A stretch of DNA of 64,000 nucleotides from Tubulanus polymorphus (Eukaryota; Animalia; Nemertea). Positions 51,818 to 64,000 of the stretch are shown in pieces; position 1 is the first letter of the stretch; every line of letters starts with the position of its first letter. The stretch is taken from NCBI RefSeq assembly GCF_964204645.1, contig NC_134031.1, positions 17,347,807 to 17,411,806 of the forward strand. The letters run 5' to 3'. The translations under genes were made by a program, and so were the position numbers. The notes under the pieces are model-generated. The model did no database searches. It saw only the letters and a list, made by a program, of their open reading frames with translations, and was not told the DNA's origin.

Positions 51818-54800
51818 ATGATTATGGTGTCAGTTCCCGGAGTCTGCGTTATATTACTTGCTAGTGAGTTTTTTGATTTTATTTAGTAAAACAATATGTA
51901 GGTCACACTTCTGTTAGAAACAAAATAGTCCTAACTTCGACTTTGAAAGAACAAAAAGTCGATTAACAAAAATTCGATCCAGACGCTTTGCTTAATATGC
52001 TTTTAAACCGTTTTCTTTTGTAGTTGTCATTTGTTCATCAGCTGAAGAATTTGCTGCAGATGGCAGTAAGTACTACATCATAGGTTTCCACAATGGAATT
52101 TGTTTTAAATTTGGATTGATCAAAATTATCATGATCAGATTTGAAAGACTATTGGCATATGATATATGACATGGTCTTATGAAAATAATGAAAACCTTGA
52201 TTTTTCATACAATTCGTCTGTTAGGGGAAGAAATTAAAACTATGAACCTCAAAATCCAATGATCTAGGTCTAGGCTGATCAGTTCCAGCGTAGGCCCTTA
52301 GTAACCTGTCTGTGGTTTAGTTTCACGATCGGATATTTTCACAAACCACGGCACAAGTAAGGCATAGGCCCATCCAATTATAAAAAGCTTACCGCCAATG
52401 ATTAGGTAACTATAACTAACTACGTTGGCCCTATGATCGGGCTGCACTCAGACTAATAGGACAACGCTCTCTTCCCCATAGCCAAGAGCCTTATCAGGCA
52501 ACTACCAATACAAATACAGATAAACAAGGCAATTAGCGTTCTTGTATCATTTTATCAATATATTATCCTTTGAATATCTTTTACAGAATGCAATGTCACC
52601 ATCATTAAAGGCATCGGAAAATTAACTTTACCGACAACTTTGAAGGCGAATCAAACTTGCATCTGGAAATGGAACGTAAAAACCGAGCCGTTTCTCTATA
52701 TCAACTTCCAGGCATTCAACCTTCAGTCCAGTGTCGTTCTCACTGTGTACAATGGTCACGAAAATGACTCGAAAGCCGTCAATTGGACATTCACTGGAAA
52801 GAAAGGTGCGTTATTCTAAATGTTCCTTCCCATCTATATTGACATTCCATTTACATTATGAAAAATGTATGTGAATTTGTATTTTTTTCATTTCCAGAGC
52901 CGTTCATGCTTGCGACTGCTTCTGGTAACACAACATTTGTTCTGAAAACTGGCAATTTTTCGGTCAAGAAAATAGATCTGAGTATCTCTTATAACAACAA
53001 GAGTGAGTACCAGTGATAGGCATAATATATGCATTAGACTGTCTTACTTGTAAGCATTGGGACCGTAGATATTTGACCAAGTTGTTGAGAATCGGGGAAA
53101 AGAAAATTTTTCCAAATATATTTTTGGGTTTCACTGCGTAGTTGACCAAGTAGGAGGAGTCTAATGTACGGTTTTATCTTAAGAATATTGGCTCGGGGTA
53201 ATGATACCTAAGTCTAAGCAATTTTTGTTATTAGAATGTCATCTTTAACCGGAGGTTCCTTTGGCTTTTTATCTGTTATGATTTATGCCTACAGGTTGTA
53301 AGATGGGATTTCATGGAGACAATAAGCAGTTCGCCGGTCCCATTTACCCCGTAACGACGAAGTCCATGTTGAAATGCTCGTATTCCGTAATGCTGAACGA
53401 CAACACTCGCAAGTTGATGATGTTCTTTACTAAACTGATTCTGAAAAAAGGATCTTTGACGATTTACAATTCAACTCATCTCATCGTAGAATACACGGGT
53501 AGGCTTATATCGGAAATATTCTGAAATTTCATTCGTAATATCGCTACATAGGTTAATCTATGTTATTCCTTTTGTACTTCAGAGGCAAATATGTCTAAAG
53601 CAGCCGACTTGTTTGCGCCTGAAGGTGCCACCAGTTTGGATATTAAAATAGTCCTTTCTACCAGCCAAACTCAAGTCATCGAAGGCGGATTCGTCGGTGT
53701 CAGTCCAGGTATTGATTCGAAAAAAAACTGCGTTTTCAACTGATTCTTCGATTACACGGTTTAACTGATAATGATATCCTGTATATTTTCCAGAATGTTC
53801 AGGAGAGGTTAATGCACCTGTCACGCTTACAAGTCCCGGATATCCGAATAAGTATTCGAACAATCTGGATTGCCGATGGATCGTTCACGCTCCTAAAAAC
53901 GGCGACACGCTGCTCGCAACGTTAGAAGATGTAGATTTCGCTGATGTGAATGACCGCCTCTTTTTTAAAGACGGAATGTCGATTTCAAGTCCGTATATCA
54001 CAAATTTTCACATGAACAGTGAAAAAGGTAATTAAAACACCGGTTTTTCGAACACTGAGGAAAGTTAAAGTCTGGAATCAAATATTGTCGTCTGAATTTT
54101 AGGTACCCTAGTCATGAGCAGTCAGACTTGTTTCTGGATTAAATTCACGACGGATGAAGTTTATACCGCAAAAGGATTCAAATTGGACATCAAAGCGAAA
54201 GGTGATGAAATTGATAATGATAATGATGATAATTTTGGGATACCATGGAAAAGAAAAACATATCAAAAATAAACGAAGCAATGATAACAATAAACACACA
54301 AGGTTTTTGAAAAAAGTCATCATTTACTTAAAAACAAAACAATGTTAGAAATAACGACACGAGTAACTAAGATATGCAAATAGAAAATAAACATTCTTTT
54401 AATCACGTTGAATCGTAGGGAATCCCTATTCATGAATGTCATCAATTTTCATTCGGCCCATTGAATGATTTTAGAAATAGGAGGTCGAATGACGAACCCG
54501 AAAGGTTTCATAGCCGTGCCCAAACAAAAAGCCGTCAATTCCAGTGTTCATTTCAAAGTTGGATCAGATGGTACACAGGTAATTTAACCGATAGATATTA
54601 TACTATGTAACAGATGATATTGCTTGAGATGCATGTATAAAATACAAGGGTTTCTATCATTTTGCATTGTAGACGATGTTGAAAATATTGACAGCTGTGA
54701 ACTGTTCTGTTACCTGCTACGATAATTTTCTATTGGCCGAATATAAGTATGTTTATTTATAATTCTTTCCAAAAATGTTTGATATGAAATGAGTTGTGCG

Positions 54801-57800
54801 AGGCATAGAAATTTTATACGTTTATTTCTTCAGTTTCCCAAGTAAGAAAACCCTGGGGTACAAACCAATTATCAGTACTAATGAAAAGAGGCCAATGATG
54901 GTAGTTGTGACACCGAATAACGGATCCAAAACGATCAGCTTCAACGCGAGCTATGACGCGCAAACCTCAGGTAGGTATAATATGTAATTTCCTTGAAAAT
55001 CTGAATAAAATTTCCTTTTTAACTTAGGGAAGATTTTGCGTATTTTTTCTTCTATGACAGTTGAATATGTGAACTTAAATGATGCCAGCGGTAGCATATC
55101 GCGGGAAAAGGCGTTGAATAATCTCACTTGGATAATTCATCCCAAAGCACAAGGTAATGTCTAAATATCTGCGTGTATGGATTACGTTTTGTTGTAATTG
55201 TAATTCTGTTAGACTCAGGTTCGAACCTGTAAGATTCTATAGTCAGCCTATTCGTGGAATTCTGAGGTACTATATCGGGATTTATGTTGAATTATACCCG
55301 TGATTTTCATTTTGTTCAGGTCATTTCATGTTGGAGTTTTCTGCGGTTACGATTCCCAACGACGGTTCTCTGACGATATCGAATTTAGCTGCCGATCAAA
55401 AACTGACAGTAAATAAGACATCAGCCGAAAGACTAATGAGAAATAAAATCCACATGAAAGCAAACAAAGGAATTCGGTAAGTTCAGTCTAGCAAGTTGTT
55501 TCATTTTTTGTGTGCAATGCAACAAAATAAGTTCTTTCTTAGTTTTCTAGTCTTCTATCATGTTTTTCATAATCATAATTTTTCAAAAGGAGATTCTTGA
55601 TGATAATAATCATAATATTTATTTCATTACTTTCTTATTACAGAATCGACCTTCGACTCAAACAATCTCCGAACAAAGAGCCGTTGAGTATTCAAGCCAC
55701 ATATCAACTGTTATCAGGTTTGTTTACTTATCTAATGAGATATGAAATATTTCTGCATAGTTTGATGTTCGAAATCCGGATTTTGTCATGGGGAATATAA
55801 ATGATATTTCAACCGATCGAATATGTAAGAATTTTACAAAAATTCCGAAATAAGGAATTCTTTTGATATTGATGATTTCATTTCCAGGGTGTGCCGTCTA
55901 TAAATCTGGCAACGATTCTGGAAATATTACAAGTCCATACTATCCATATACATATCCATTAAACACCAACTGTCTGTGGTCCTTACCATCGATGAAGACC
56001 AAATCCCTGGTATATTTATCATTCACGACACTGGAAACTCGTCAAAAATCCGACGAAGTCGCCATCCGAAGTCAGAATCGAACTTCGAATGTTTCGACCG
56101 CGATTAATGGGTTCGTCGCCGATATGGTCGTCAATTCAACGCAAGGAATGCAACTGATGTTCAGTTCATCGATGAATTTGAAGTCAAACGTCGAATACGC
56201 GAGAGGCTTTAGCGTAATGTATGACACTATCGGTACGTTATAAACCTATACACATATTTGGAGGTTATGAATATAGTTTGGAAGGGCTTAAACATTGCAT
56301 TACTGTATCTATGCTTGAAACTAAAATCTCGGATGCTTATATTACCATACACCATGTCAAAATCGATTCATTCTTTACCTAGAAGTTTTACTGTTTGTTA
56401 TCAGGTTGTGGTGGAGAAGTTTACGATGATGGTAAAATCACGACTCCGAATTTTCCGAAATTGGTCGTGAAACCAGTGACATGCGTGTGGATTATACGTG
56501 TGAATACGACCGGTGCCAAAATGAATCCGGCTGCTGCGGTGGCTAATATCTCCTATCAAATTAAACATTCCAAACAAAGCAAATATTCCAGGTCAGTATC
56601 CTTTCGTCTTTTTGGATTGAAAATGTAAGCTACGAACGGTGGATATCGTACAACTGATATTTCTTGAAATCTTTTTCGACGTTCAGCTTGGAGATATTCG
56701 ACGGAAATAACGTACAACATTCCGAGAAGATACCGGTGATATTAAACGACGGTCTAGTCGTAAAGAACTTGTCGACGTCGGATACAGTGATCGTCCGTTA
56801 TCGAGCGCAGAAAAACGCTGCCGGATTCGCGTTCGAGATGAACGTCGGAAAATTTGGTGAGTTCTCACGAAAACTTTTGTGACTGTCCCTGCTACTAGTT
56901 CGTAGGGAAGGCGTATACAGTAGACTTTACCTTCCTAAGAACCTGTAGATACTTCAGTTGAGAATCGTGGATATTGAAACACTTTTCCAAAGAATCTTTT
57001 ACACAATCCTTAACCTTGAATTTATTGATATTTGTAAAAAGACTGGAGAACGGTTTTTCCAGTTGACTGGTCTAAGCACAGTCTACTGTATTACTGTATT
57101 GTAATCGTTTGAATTATTTGTTTGTATTTTTCTCTCACCTATCATCGTCGCAGTGTGCGGTGCTAAGAATATGTGTAAAAATGGAAAGTGTATTCACCCG
57201 GACTGGATGTGCGACGGTATCGATCAGTGCGGAGATATGACCGACGAAAAAGACTGCAGTGGACATATCATTCCACAACCCGCTACTGCTGCTGGGGGAG
57301 GTATGCGTTCGTTTTTCTGCAAAAATAGGCGATTAATTAGATTTGCGCTGAAAATGTAGTTCGGTCAATGAGAATTCTGGTTTAGGCGGGCATCAATCAG
57401 TCTGGAAACACGCATTCACCAGCTCAGTGAAGCATTGACGATCCCTCTTTAAATTTGAGGATAAGAGGACAAATATCCGGTTTTGCAGTTCATTTCAATT
57501 GAAAAGTCTCGCGTAAAGTCCTGAACACAGGCGGAGACTGTACAACCAAAATTTGGAATAATGAGGATAAATTTTTGATGCCTGAGGTTGCAGGGTCCAG
57601 GTTGCAGAATGAAACCTGTATGAGCTAGAGTTCGCTGTTATGTAACTACATGTTTTATCCACTGCACTATTTATTTTCTAATTTCAGTATCCGTTATGGC
57701 TTTCGTGTTAAGCATGTTGGGTATAATCGTGTTGACCGTTGCTCTTACGTGTATGATGCCGACGATCTGTCGTAAACTGAAACTGCGTCAATATCGTTCG

Positions 57801-57833
57801 TTCAACGACCTTCTCGTTCCCGTCAACACCTAG
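51818..57833 (+). CDS. Multi-CUB + LDLa type I transmembrane protein (902 aa, 19 exons; cubilin-like CUB array with its own TM anchor)
   Basis: Hand-built exons, all GT-AG and phase-compatible, total 2709 nt: 51818-51863, 52024-52065, 52587-52805, 52898-53002, 53295-53498, 53583-53708, 53794-54027, 54103-54201, 54475-54578, 54673-54746, 54834-54970, 55061-55153, 55320-55476, 55644-55717, 55888-56232, 56405-56591, 56687-56856, 57154-57300, 57688-57833. Signal peptide [25 protein letters not shown] signatures include [51 protein letters not shown] and [17 protein letters not shown]...TCVWII. LDLa module [64 protein letters not shown]. Tail [20 protein letters not shown]. Confidence 0.88.
56918..57088. 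mobile_element. Tc1/mariner(pogo)-type MITE in an intron of the CUB gene
   Basis: TA|CAGTAGACT ... AGTCTACTG|TA: short TIR with TA target-site duplication. Confidence 0.65.
57154..57300 (+). CDS. LDL-receptor class A module exon of the CUB/LDLa membrane protein
   Basis: Six cysteines and an acidic Ca-binding motif ([18 protein letters not shown]); symmetric phase 1-1 exon, CAG|...|GTATGC. Confidence 0.93.
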
Positions 57834-58394
57834 AAAGAGAAACGCGCGATCACTTCCTCGAAGTTACTTACAAAAACAGATTTTGCATTAGTTATTCCAC
57901 CGTTTCGATTATTAAAAACGAACTCGTATATTTTTCTGTGAGAATCTCCTAATCCTCGCGAGGATTCGACCCGGTGGAAGACTGGCTTTCAGTTGGATCC
58001 CTGTTCTAGAGATATTTTCAACTCTGCTCCTTGTAAATTTTTAGTGATCTGTTACATGACGTATTTTTTGAGATGATATACACAACTTGCTGCCAGTTCA
58101 TTAAGATGAGTCCTTTTTCTCTTCATTGCTATGATATTGTAACGGACAGTACTTTATAGGTTAACCTGTTTATTTTGAACTACGAGCTTTTGCTTCTAAT
58201 GTATAGAAGCTTCAGCTGGTGAACGAGTAACTCGAGTAACGCGTTCCCAAATAAGGTGTATATGATTAAAAGGACACCCTGAAAAAAGCTCGTCAGAAAA
58301 TAATAACTAATTTTTGGAGATACAGAGAACAACTTTATGAATTTAAACTTTGATATTTCTCATTTCCTAAGTTACTCGGCAACTTGACATTTTT

Positions 58395-58440
58395 AGGAGG
58401 GGATGCCCACCCCCTGCACCCTCCCCTAGATCCGCCTCTG
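58395..58440. mobile_element. Right-end fragment of an hAT-like MITE
   Basis: CCCCTGCACCCTCCCCTAGATCCGCCTCTG is close to the reverse complement of the CAGGGGCGGATCCAG terminus. Confidence 0.45.
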
Positions 58441-60699
58441 GAATAGATAAGTTGAACTAAAAGGTACTATCCGTCTCGTTATACTTATTATACGCCTGGT
58501 TTAACACAGCATTTGCACAGTTGTACAACATTCGTCTTAAAACATGCCCGGGTCAATGCGTTCCTGAGGACGTTTTTTCGCCGCTAATTGCCCTGTATAC
58601 ATATTGACACCAACAATTAAGTGGGTACAGCTGTATGTGAGTCAGGAGGTTTAACTCCGTGAACACGGTTATTGTGTACTTAGTAAGTAAGATGGAGACT
58701 TCGGACAATACAAACTGTAATACATCACGCTCGTTTTTGTCAGTATATATGATATACAGCGTATATATAGATAGATAGAAATAGCTATTTAAATTCATAA
58801 TTATACCTATGTAAATATGATTATTTATTTGTGTTGTTTCAATTATGTCATATCGTAAAAAGCGTTTTAATGAATATCATGTTTTTTGAAATATCAAACG
58901 TTCGCTTTGGTATCAAGACCTGTTTTAGATAGTTCGCCTAGCCGCGAATATGGGTAGTAGTGAAGGCTTCGATTTATTAGCATTAAGCATTCGTTTGATT
59001 CGTGTTTTTCTATGCATTTAATCATTTAATAGCTTCAATATTTCTGCAGTATATTTTTTGATTATATGGCGTTGATCTGAAGGAAAAAATGATCTTAAGC
59101 AGTTTCTGTATACAATTTTGCTAGTTTACTTACTTTGTTATGTAAAATTAGTATGAAAGATCGATTGGTTTTGAGTGAGCATTTAAGATAAAATGAAAGA
59201 TTTGCGGGTTAAATAAAAAAGTACTTCTATATATGTACATATTACTATATTATATTATTCTATGAAGGTTATTGCATAGCATTTACGTATATTGCGTCAT
59301 TTAGAATCTGTGCTATTTTGGTCTAATGTGTATTTTTCTTTTGTCGACTTTTTTGTAGGGGAAAGCGGTTCGTGTTCGTAATATATATGATAAAATATTT
59401 AATATATCCAATTTCCGCGTTGTTTCCTTGCTGATCTAATCTACTTCACTATCTTCTACTATAGGGCAGGTATTGCATTCTCTCACTCACGGAGATAGAT
59501 CCGTGTATCTTTCCCGATATTCGAGACTGGCTGACTTCGGATAATAGAAACACCATATAATACCAACTGGGATTTCTTTATTCTCGATGTTAAGTAATCG
59601 GAATAATCATTTATGGACGTAAACAATTATCATAGTCGGACAATATAGTTTATAGCGTCGCTATTGAACTCGGGTTAAATCGCGGAAATTAATTACGCGT
59701 AATAATTGCCGACGTCGCTGGCATTCCTGAAATTTCGACAATTGGATGGCGATTCAATTTACCGATACATTCTTCCGTATTCTATGTCGAGGGATGAGTA
59801 GTGTGTTCTTTGTTCGGCTGGGAGGGGAGCACTCCTCGGGGCCAATTAACCGACTCGGGATCGGAATTAGGTGATTCGGACAAAGCGCGTAAACCGAATA
59901 ACGAGTTAACTGACGATGATATAATCTGAAGAAAACAGCGCGACACAATGCTCACGATAATCGAGAGCCCGAAGGCGAACATTTTGAGAATTAAGGCCAA
60001 CTAGTGTAAATGTCACGTTGAAATGACACCCACACGCAGACACCCAGTCGTGGATGGTACTGTAACGAACGTTGGCTAATACTTTCTTATCCGATTCCAG
60101 TGATGATAAAATCGATTTTCCAAAAACATTTTCACATGCTTGTCTGAGCTTGAAGTACCCGCCTGAATATTGATATTTCCTAATTTTCAGAAACCATCAA
60201 CAAAACGAATGTTAAGATTAGCAGTTATTACTTTGCAGGGTTTTTACAACGCACGCGCCTTATCCAAACTGAGATAAAGCTTAAAGAAATAATATCACTT
60301 GAACTTGAACTAGCTACCGTAGTCCGTTGTGCTAAGCACAACTAATCGCTTCGCGGTTTGGCCTAAGTTTGTGTTGGGCCTGGCAGATGGACACGCTCGA
60401 TACCCAAGGACAAGTGGATATTCGGCTCTACTTGACCAAGTCAGTAATTTGTGATCAAACACCATCGATGATAAAGGCGGAGTATATTTAGACAGTATTT
60501 GACACGTACATATACCTAGCGCAATCGGTCGTTAAGTCATTCCCAATTGGTGAACTCAATTTGGTCGGACCGCCGGACAATTTACGATCCTAAATCGCAA
60601 ATCACATAAATACGTCGGGTAGTTATTTCTAATTGCTGCAATAGTGGAAATTCGAAGTGCAATCGGGAATTAAGATAATCAAAAGGGATTAATTTGGAT

Positions 60700-63065
60700 A
60701 TGGCCCTATTGAACGCAGGCCCGCTTCAGGGCCACGAAGATTTTGGTGAGTAAAATCTATTTTAACATAAATCTTTTAATGATGAAAATTATGTCTGTTG
60801 TTTTCTATAGTGGCATATGACTGTATCTAACTGATAAATGGTGTTCGTTGTTGAAGATATAGCAAAACAATTAGTGTTTTAATCATACATTATTTCGTAG
60901 GGAACGAAAATCACCATAATCAGGGGAAATACTTGATGAGCCACGATCCAATGAGACGTCGTGAAATTACTCCTTCACCCGAGGAAGCATATTTCAACAG
61001 TATCGCTAACAAGGAACCGTCCCCTAGTCACACTGCTTACTGGCCTCCGCAGCATCATCAGCATCCATCTGTATACCATCCCCCGCATCAACCAATTCAT
61101 CCTTATCACAATGCAACTCCAGTCAGTGGTATGTTTAATCTATTCGCAAATTCACAAACAATTTTTGCCCCCATTTGATCGATGCTTTTCAATTAAAATA
61201 TCTATTATCTTTTTTCTTTTAGTGTCGATGCAGCCAGCTATCCCTCAAGCATACGGCGCGCCTCACAAGCAGCTCTACCAGGAAGACCACCAGGGATTAG
61301 AGAAACCTCGCACTGTCACTCCGCCGCTACCTCAACAGAAACCGCAGAGAAAAAACCGCGAACGCGTCAGCTACACGAGATATCAACTCGAAATACTCAA
61401 CCACATTTATGAAAGTGTGAAGTATCCGAACACCGTCCAGAAGCAGATTTTAGCTCATCGATTGGGAATAAAACGGGAACAAGTAAAGGTATTTATTCAG
61501 ACTCTAAACTTTCATAAGTTTCAATTCTGCAATAGAAATTCAAATTGACCCATATACGTTGCTGATGTTCTGATGTGTTTTATCTTTAGATCTGGTTTCA
61601 AAATCGTCGTCGGAAGGACATCGTAGCGCAGAAATACACCAACAACGGAGTACCAATTCCGGTGAAATTACAACCGAAACAAGACGAAAACTCGGTCGTA
61701 CCCGTCGACGTGAAGGGAAGCATGTTGAAAGAATTGCTCGATAACCAAGATGACAATAGTTCTTTTACGGGTGCCATGAATTATAACCATATACGAAGAG
61801 AAGCCGATGTGATTAGAGAAGATCCAAAACCTGAAGCACCTCGGTTCAATGGAATCAACCCTGCGGCATTACCGGCTGCCAATTGTTTTGAACCGATTCC
61901 TCGAAATATCTACGATAGTAGCTCGATGGATGGGTCGCAGATTGGTGTGCCACGAATGGCTCCTGCCTCGCAACTTGGACACTTAGAAAACGAGCGCCAA
62001 GTTTCACCGAGAGTCTCTCCAGTACTCGATGGACAGATAGATGTCCAACAACATGAACTACACAATACCGATATAGACAGTTTGCCTATTGGACACAGAA
62101 CTGCTTCATACCCGGTGCCACCATCACGACCTGAATCGGAGCTCTCCAATCATTCTCAGCATTCTGGTAGTGAACTGCGAGTTGGGGAGTGTCAACCGCC
62201 TCCGAATGTTACTATAAGTAAATCCGAACCTTTCAGGCATCTATATCCACCAACTCAAATCGATTTAGCTTTGGACCTAAAGAATAGACAGTTCGACACC
62301 AGTCCAAACAATAATCCTCAAGCCGATTATCGTAGTGACATGTGTAACAGTCGCGACAGCTCGCCGACCTTGTCCAACTCAGACCAGCAGTCTCAGCCTT
62401 CTCCGAACGACGGTGATCGCGATGGAATCGTCGATCACCAGCAACCAGCTACGTCACCTGTATCATTACTAGATGAATCGATCGATAGAGATTCGACGAA
62501 AGATGACGCGGCTGATGAAAACAAGTCTCAAACACCGGAGGCAAGATTGGATTCGATGCCAACCGACCGTAATCCAATATTCAGTCAAACAACCCAGAAC
62601 CCGCACCAACAGCCCGGTCACTTTCCCTCGTACGGGCATCCCGGATTTTCTCCATACATGAGTCACCATCCGTCGTTTATGGGCGGTTATTACAGCGCTT
62701 ACCCTCCGAATTTCGCTCCCGATATGATGAACTATCTACTCGCGCAGGGGGCCTACGGAGGAATGCCGTCGATGGGTTCACCGTATCGTCACCCGCAGAT
62801 GCTACCACGACACGAGCCCCCGCCACTCGACTCAGTACCGGACAGTAAGCGTATCAAACTGATGGATCACAGCGTAACGACGCAATCTCCGTTCAGAGCT
62901 GATCCCCCGATCCTGATGGGTTCTAATCCACGACTGAACACATCCCCTTACCAAACAGACATGTACCCAGTTGTGTCATCTTCGAATCCGTTTTATCCGA
63001 GTGCGCCTAAAACCCCGACTAGCGTTGAGCACTCGGATTCTGATAGCAATCAAGGTGGCGACTAA
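60700..63065 (+). CDS. Divergent Q50 homeobox transcription factor (PRD-like intron position; candidate lophotrochozoan orphan Lopx-type), 671 aa; join(60700..60745,60901..61128,61223..61488,61590..63065)
   Basis: Spliced homeodomain KNRERVSYTRYQLEILNHIYESVKYPNTVQKQILAHRLGIKREQVK|IWFQNRRRKDIVAQ, with a phase-0 intron (AAG|GTATTT ... TTTAG|ATC) between residues 46 and 47. His/Pro-rich N-terminus; long Pro/Ser-rich C-terminal exon continuous with the 467-aa ORF 61662-63065; AATAAA at 63372. The first exon (MALLNAGPLQGHEDFG, donor GTGAGT) is less certain. Confidence 0.88.
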
Positions 63066-63371
63066 ATCACTCGAATAGTCGACCGTCAATTTTTACATAA
63101 AGCATTTTATACTGTTTGATGGTGTGATATTTTGAATTTTCTGACGGTTTCGTAAAATGTAAATTTATGATTGAAGTTTCAATGCATTTTTCACTTGTGA
63201 TAAATAACTCTTTTTCATTGACTCTCTGACCAGACTTGCATTTATTGTAAAATATTTTTCCAAAGTCAAAAATCATATATCGGTTCTTTTTACCTCATAT
63301 TTAACTCAAACCTTATATTATACCAAACGCATACGTATATACACAGTTTTATAAGTTGATTTTATGTTCCG

Positions 63372-63377
63372 AATAAA
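63372..63377 (+). other. Candidate polyadenylation signal of the homeobox gene
   Basis: AATAAA about 300 nt after the TAA stop, followed by T-rich sequence. Confidence 0.5.
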
Positions 63378-64000
63378 TATAAATATTTTTGTTATACATA
63401 TTAATGATCGCATTCTTGCTGTAATTTGCATTCAATCGATAAACACTTCTTTATTCTTCATGGACGGCTTGAGAGAAAATTAAAAATGAAAACCTTGTAT
63501 CGTTCATTGAATATGCTGAATATGCTAATGAGCGTCTACGATTCTCGCAGACGGATTTTTACGAGGCAACTTGAAGAAACCCTATTCCCAGTGTATCCAG
63601 TCCTTAAACTACGTTAGCAGAACATCAAGGCTTCATTCAACGTTTATTGGATACCCCACATTCATGCCCCAGTAGTGTCAAGGCCACGAGCAAATCCGTC
63701 GCAGCGACAATAGAAAAAACCTATACAGTGCCCAAGCAACCCACAAAAACGAATTCCATTGTCAAATATGGCGATATTCTGCATGAACCAGACGGCCAAA
63801 ATCTATTCGCAAATTAAGGTAAAATAAACATACAATTTTTTACTTGATCGTCGGATCGCAAGGAATCGGCAACCAGTTGCAGATTTTTCAGTCATGAAAT
63901 CTTTGTCCCATGAATGTTCTCGTCGTTATTTTACAGTAGAATTTGGGAAAATGTTGCTGTGACTTTCGAAGCAATGTTTCTAGGAATACTATTGATAATT

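Noticed and set aside
61662-63065. 467-aa ORF as a stand-alone gene
   Set aside because: It is the in-frame continuation of the exon starting at 61590 (IWFQNRR...) of the homeobox gene. The antisense ORFs within it are shadows.
61137-63815. 16-bp match AATCTATTCGCAAATT at 61137 and 63800, suggesting a duplicated homeobox fragment
   Set aside because: Translations around 63600-63820 show no similarity to the homeobox protein; the match is too short to support a paralogue.
1-64000. CRISPR arrays, operons, prophage or rRNA
   Set aside because: The sequence is intron-containing animal DNA; no regularly spaced repeat-spacer array or rRNA-like segment was seen.

Overview
Eukaryotic (animal, probably lophotrochozoan-type invertebrate) genomic DNA that is AT-rich, CpG-rich and contains GT-AG introns. 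I reconstructed three spliced + strand genes by hand. (1) An LMO4-like LIM-domain-only gene (coding exons 12723-12979, 31486-31720, 32724-32774) with an 18.5 kb intron, lying in about 50 kb of otherwise non-coding DNA rich in TAAT motifs. (2) A 19-exon, 902-aa type I membrane protein (51818-57833): signal peptide, about 7 partly degenerate CUB domains, one LDL-receptor class A module, a TM helix and a 20-aa tail with YxxF and dileucine sorting motifs. (3) A 4-exon, 671-aa divergent Q50 homeobox gene (60700-63065) with the PRD-type 46/47 intron, possibly of the lophotrochozoan orphan Lopx type. The non-coding DNA holds several small non-autonomous elements. The most notable is a 304-bp element with Polinton/Maverick-like ends (AGTAGT...ACTACT, 6-bp TSD, 67-bp perfect TIRs, YY1 motifs). 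There is also a perfect 135-bp palindrome, Harbinger-, hAT- and mariner-like MITEs, and two back-to-back pairs of tRNA-derived B-box units. I found no prokaryotic features, CRISPR arrays, rRNAs or intact tRNAs. All calls come from reading the sequence; no searches were run.
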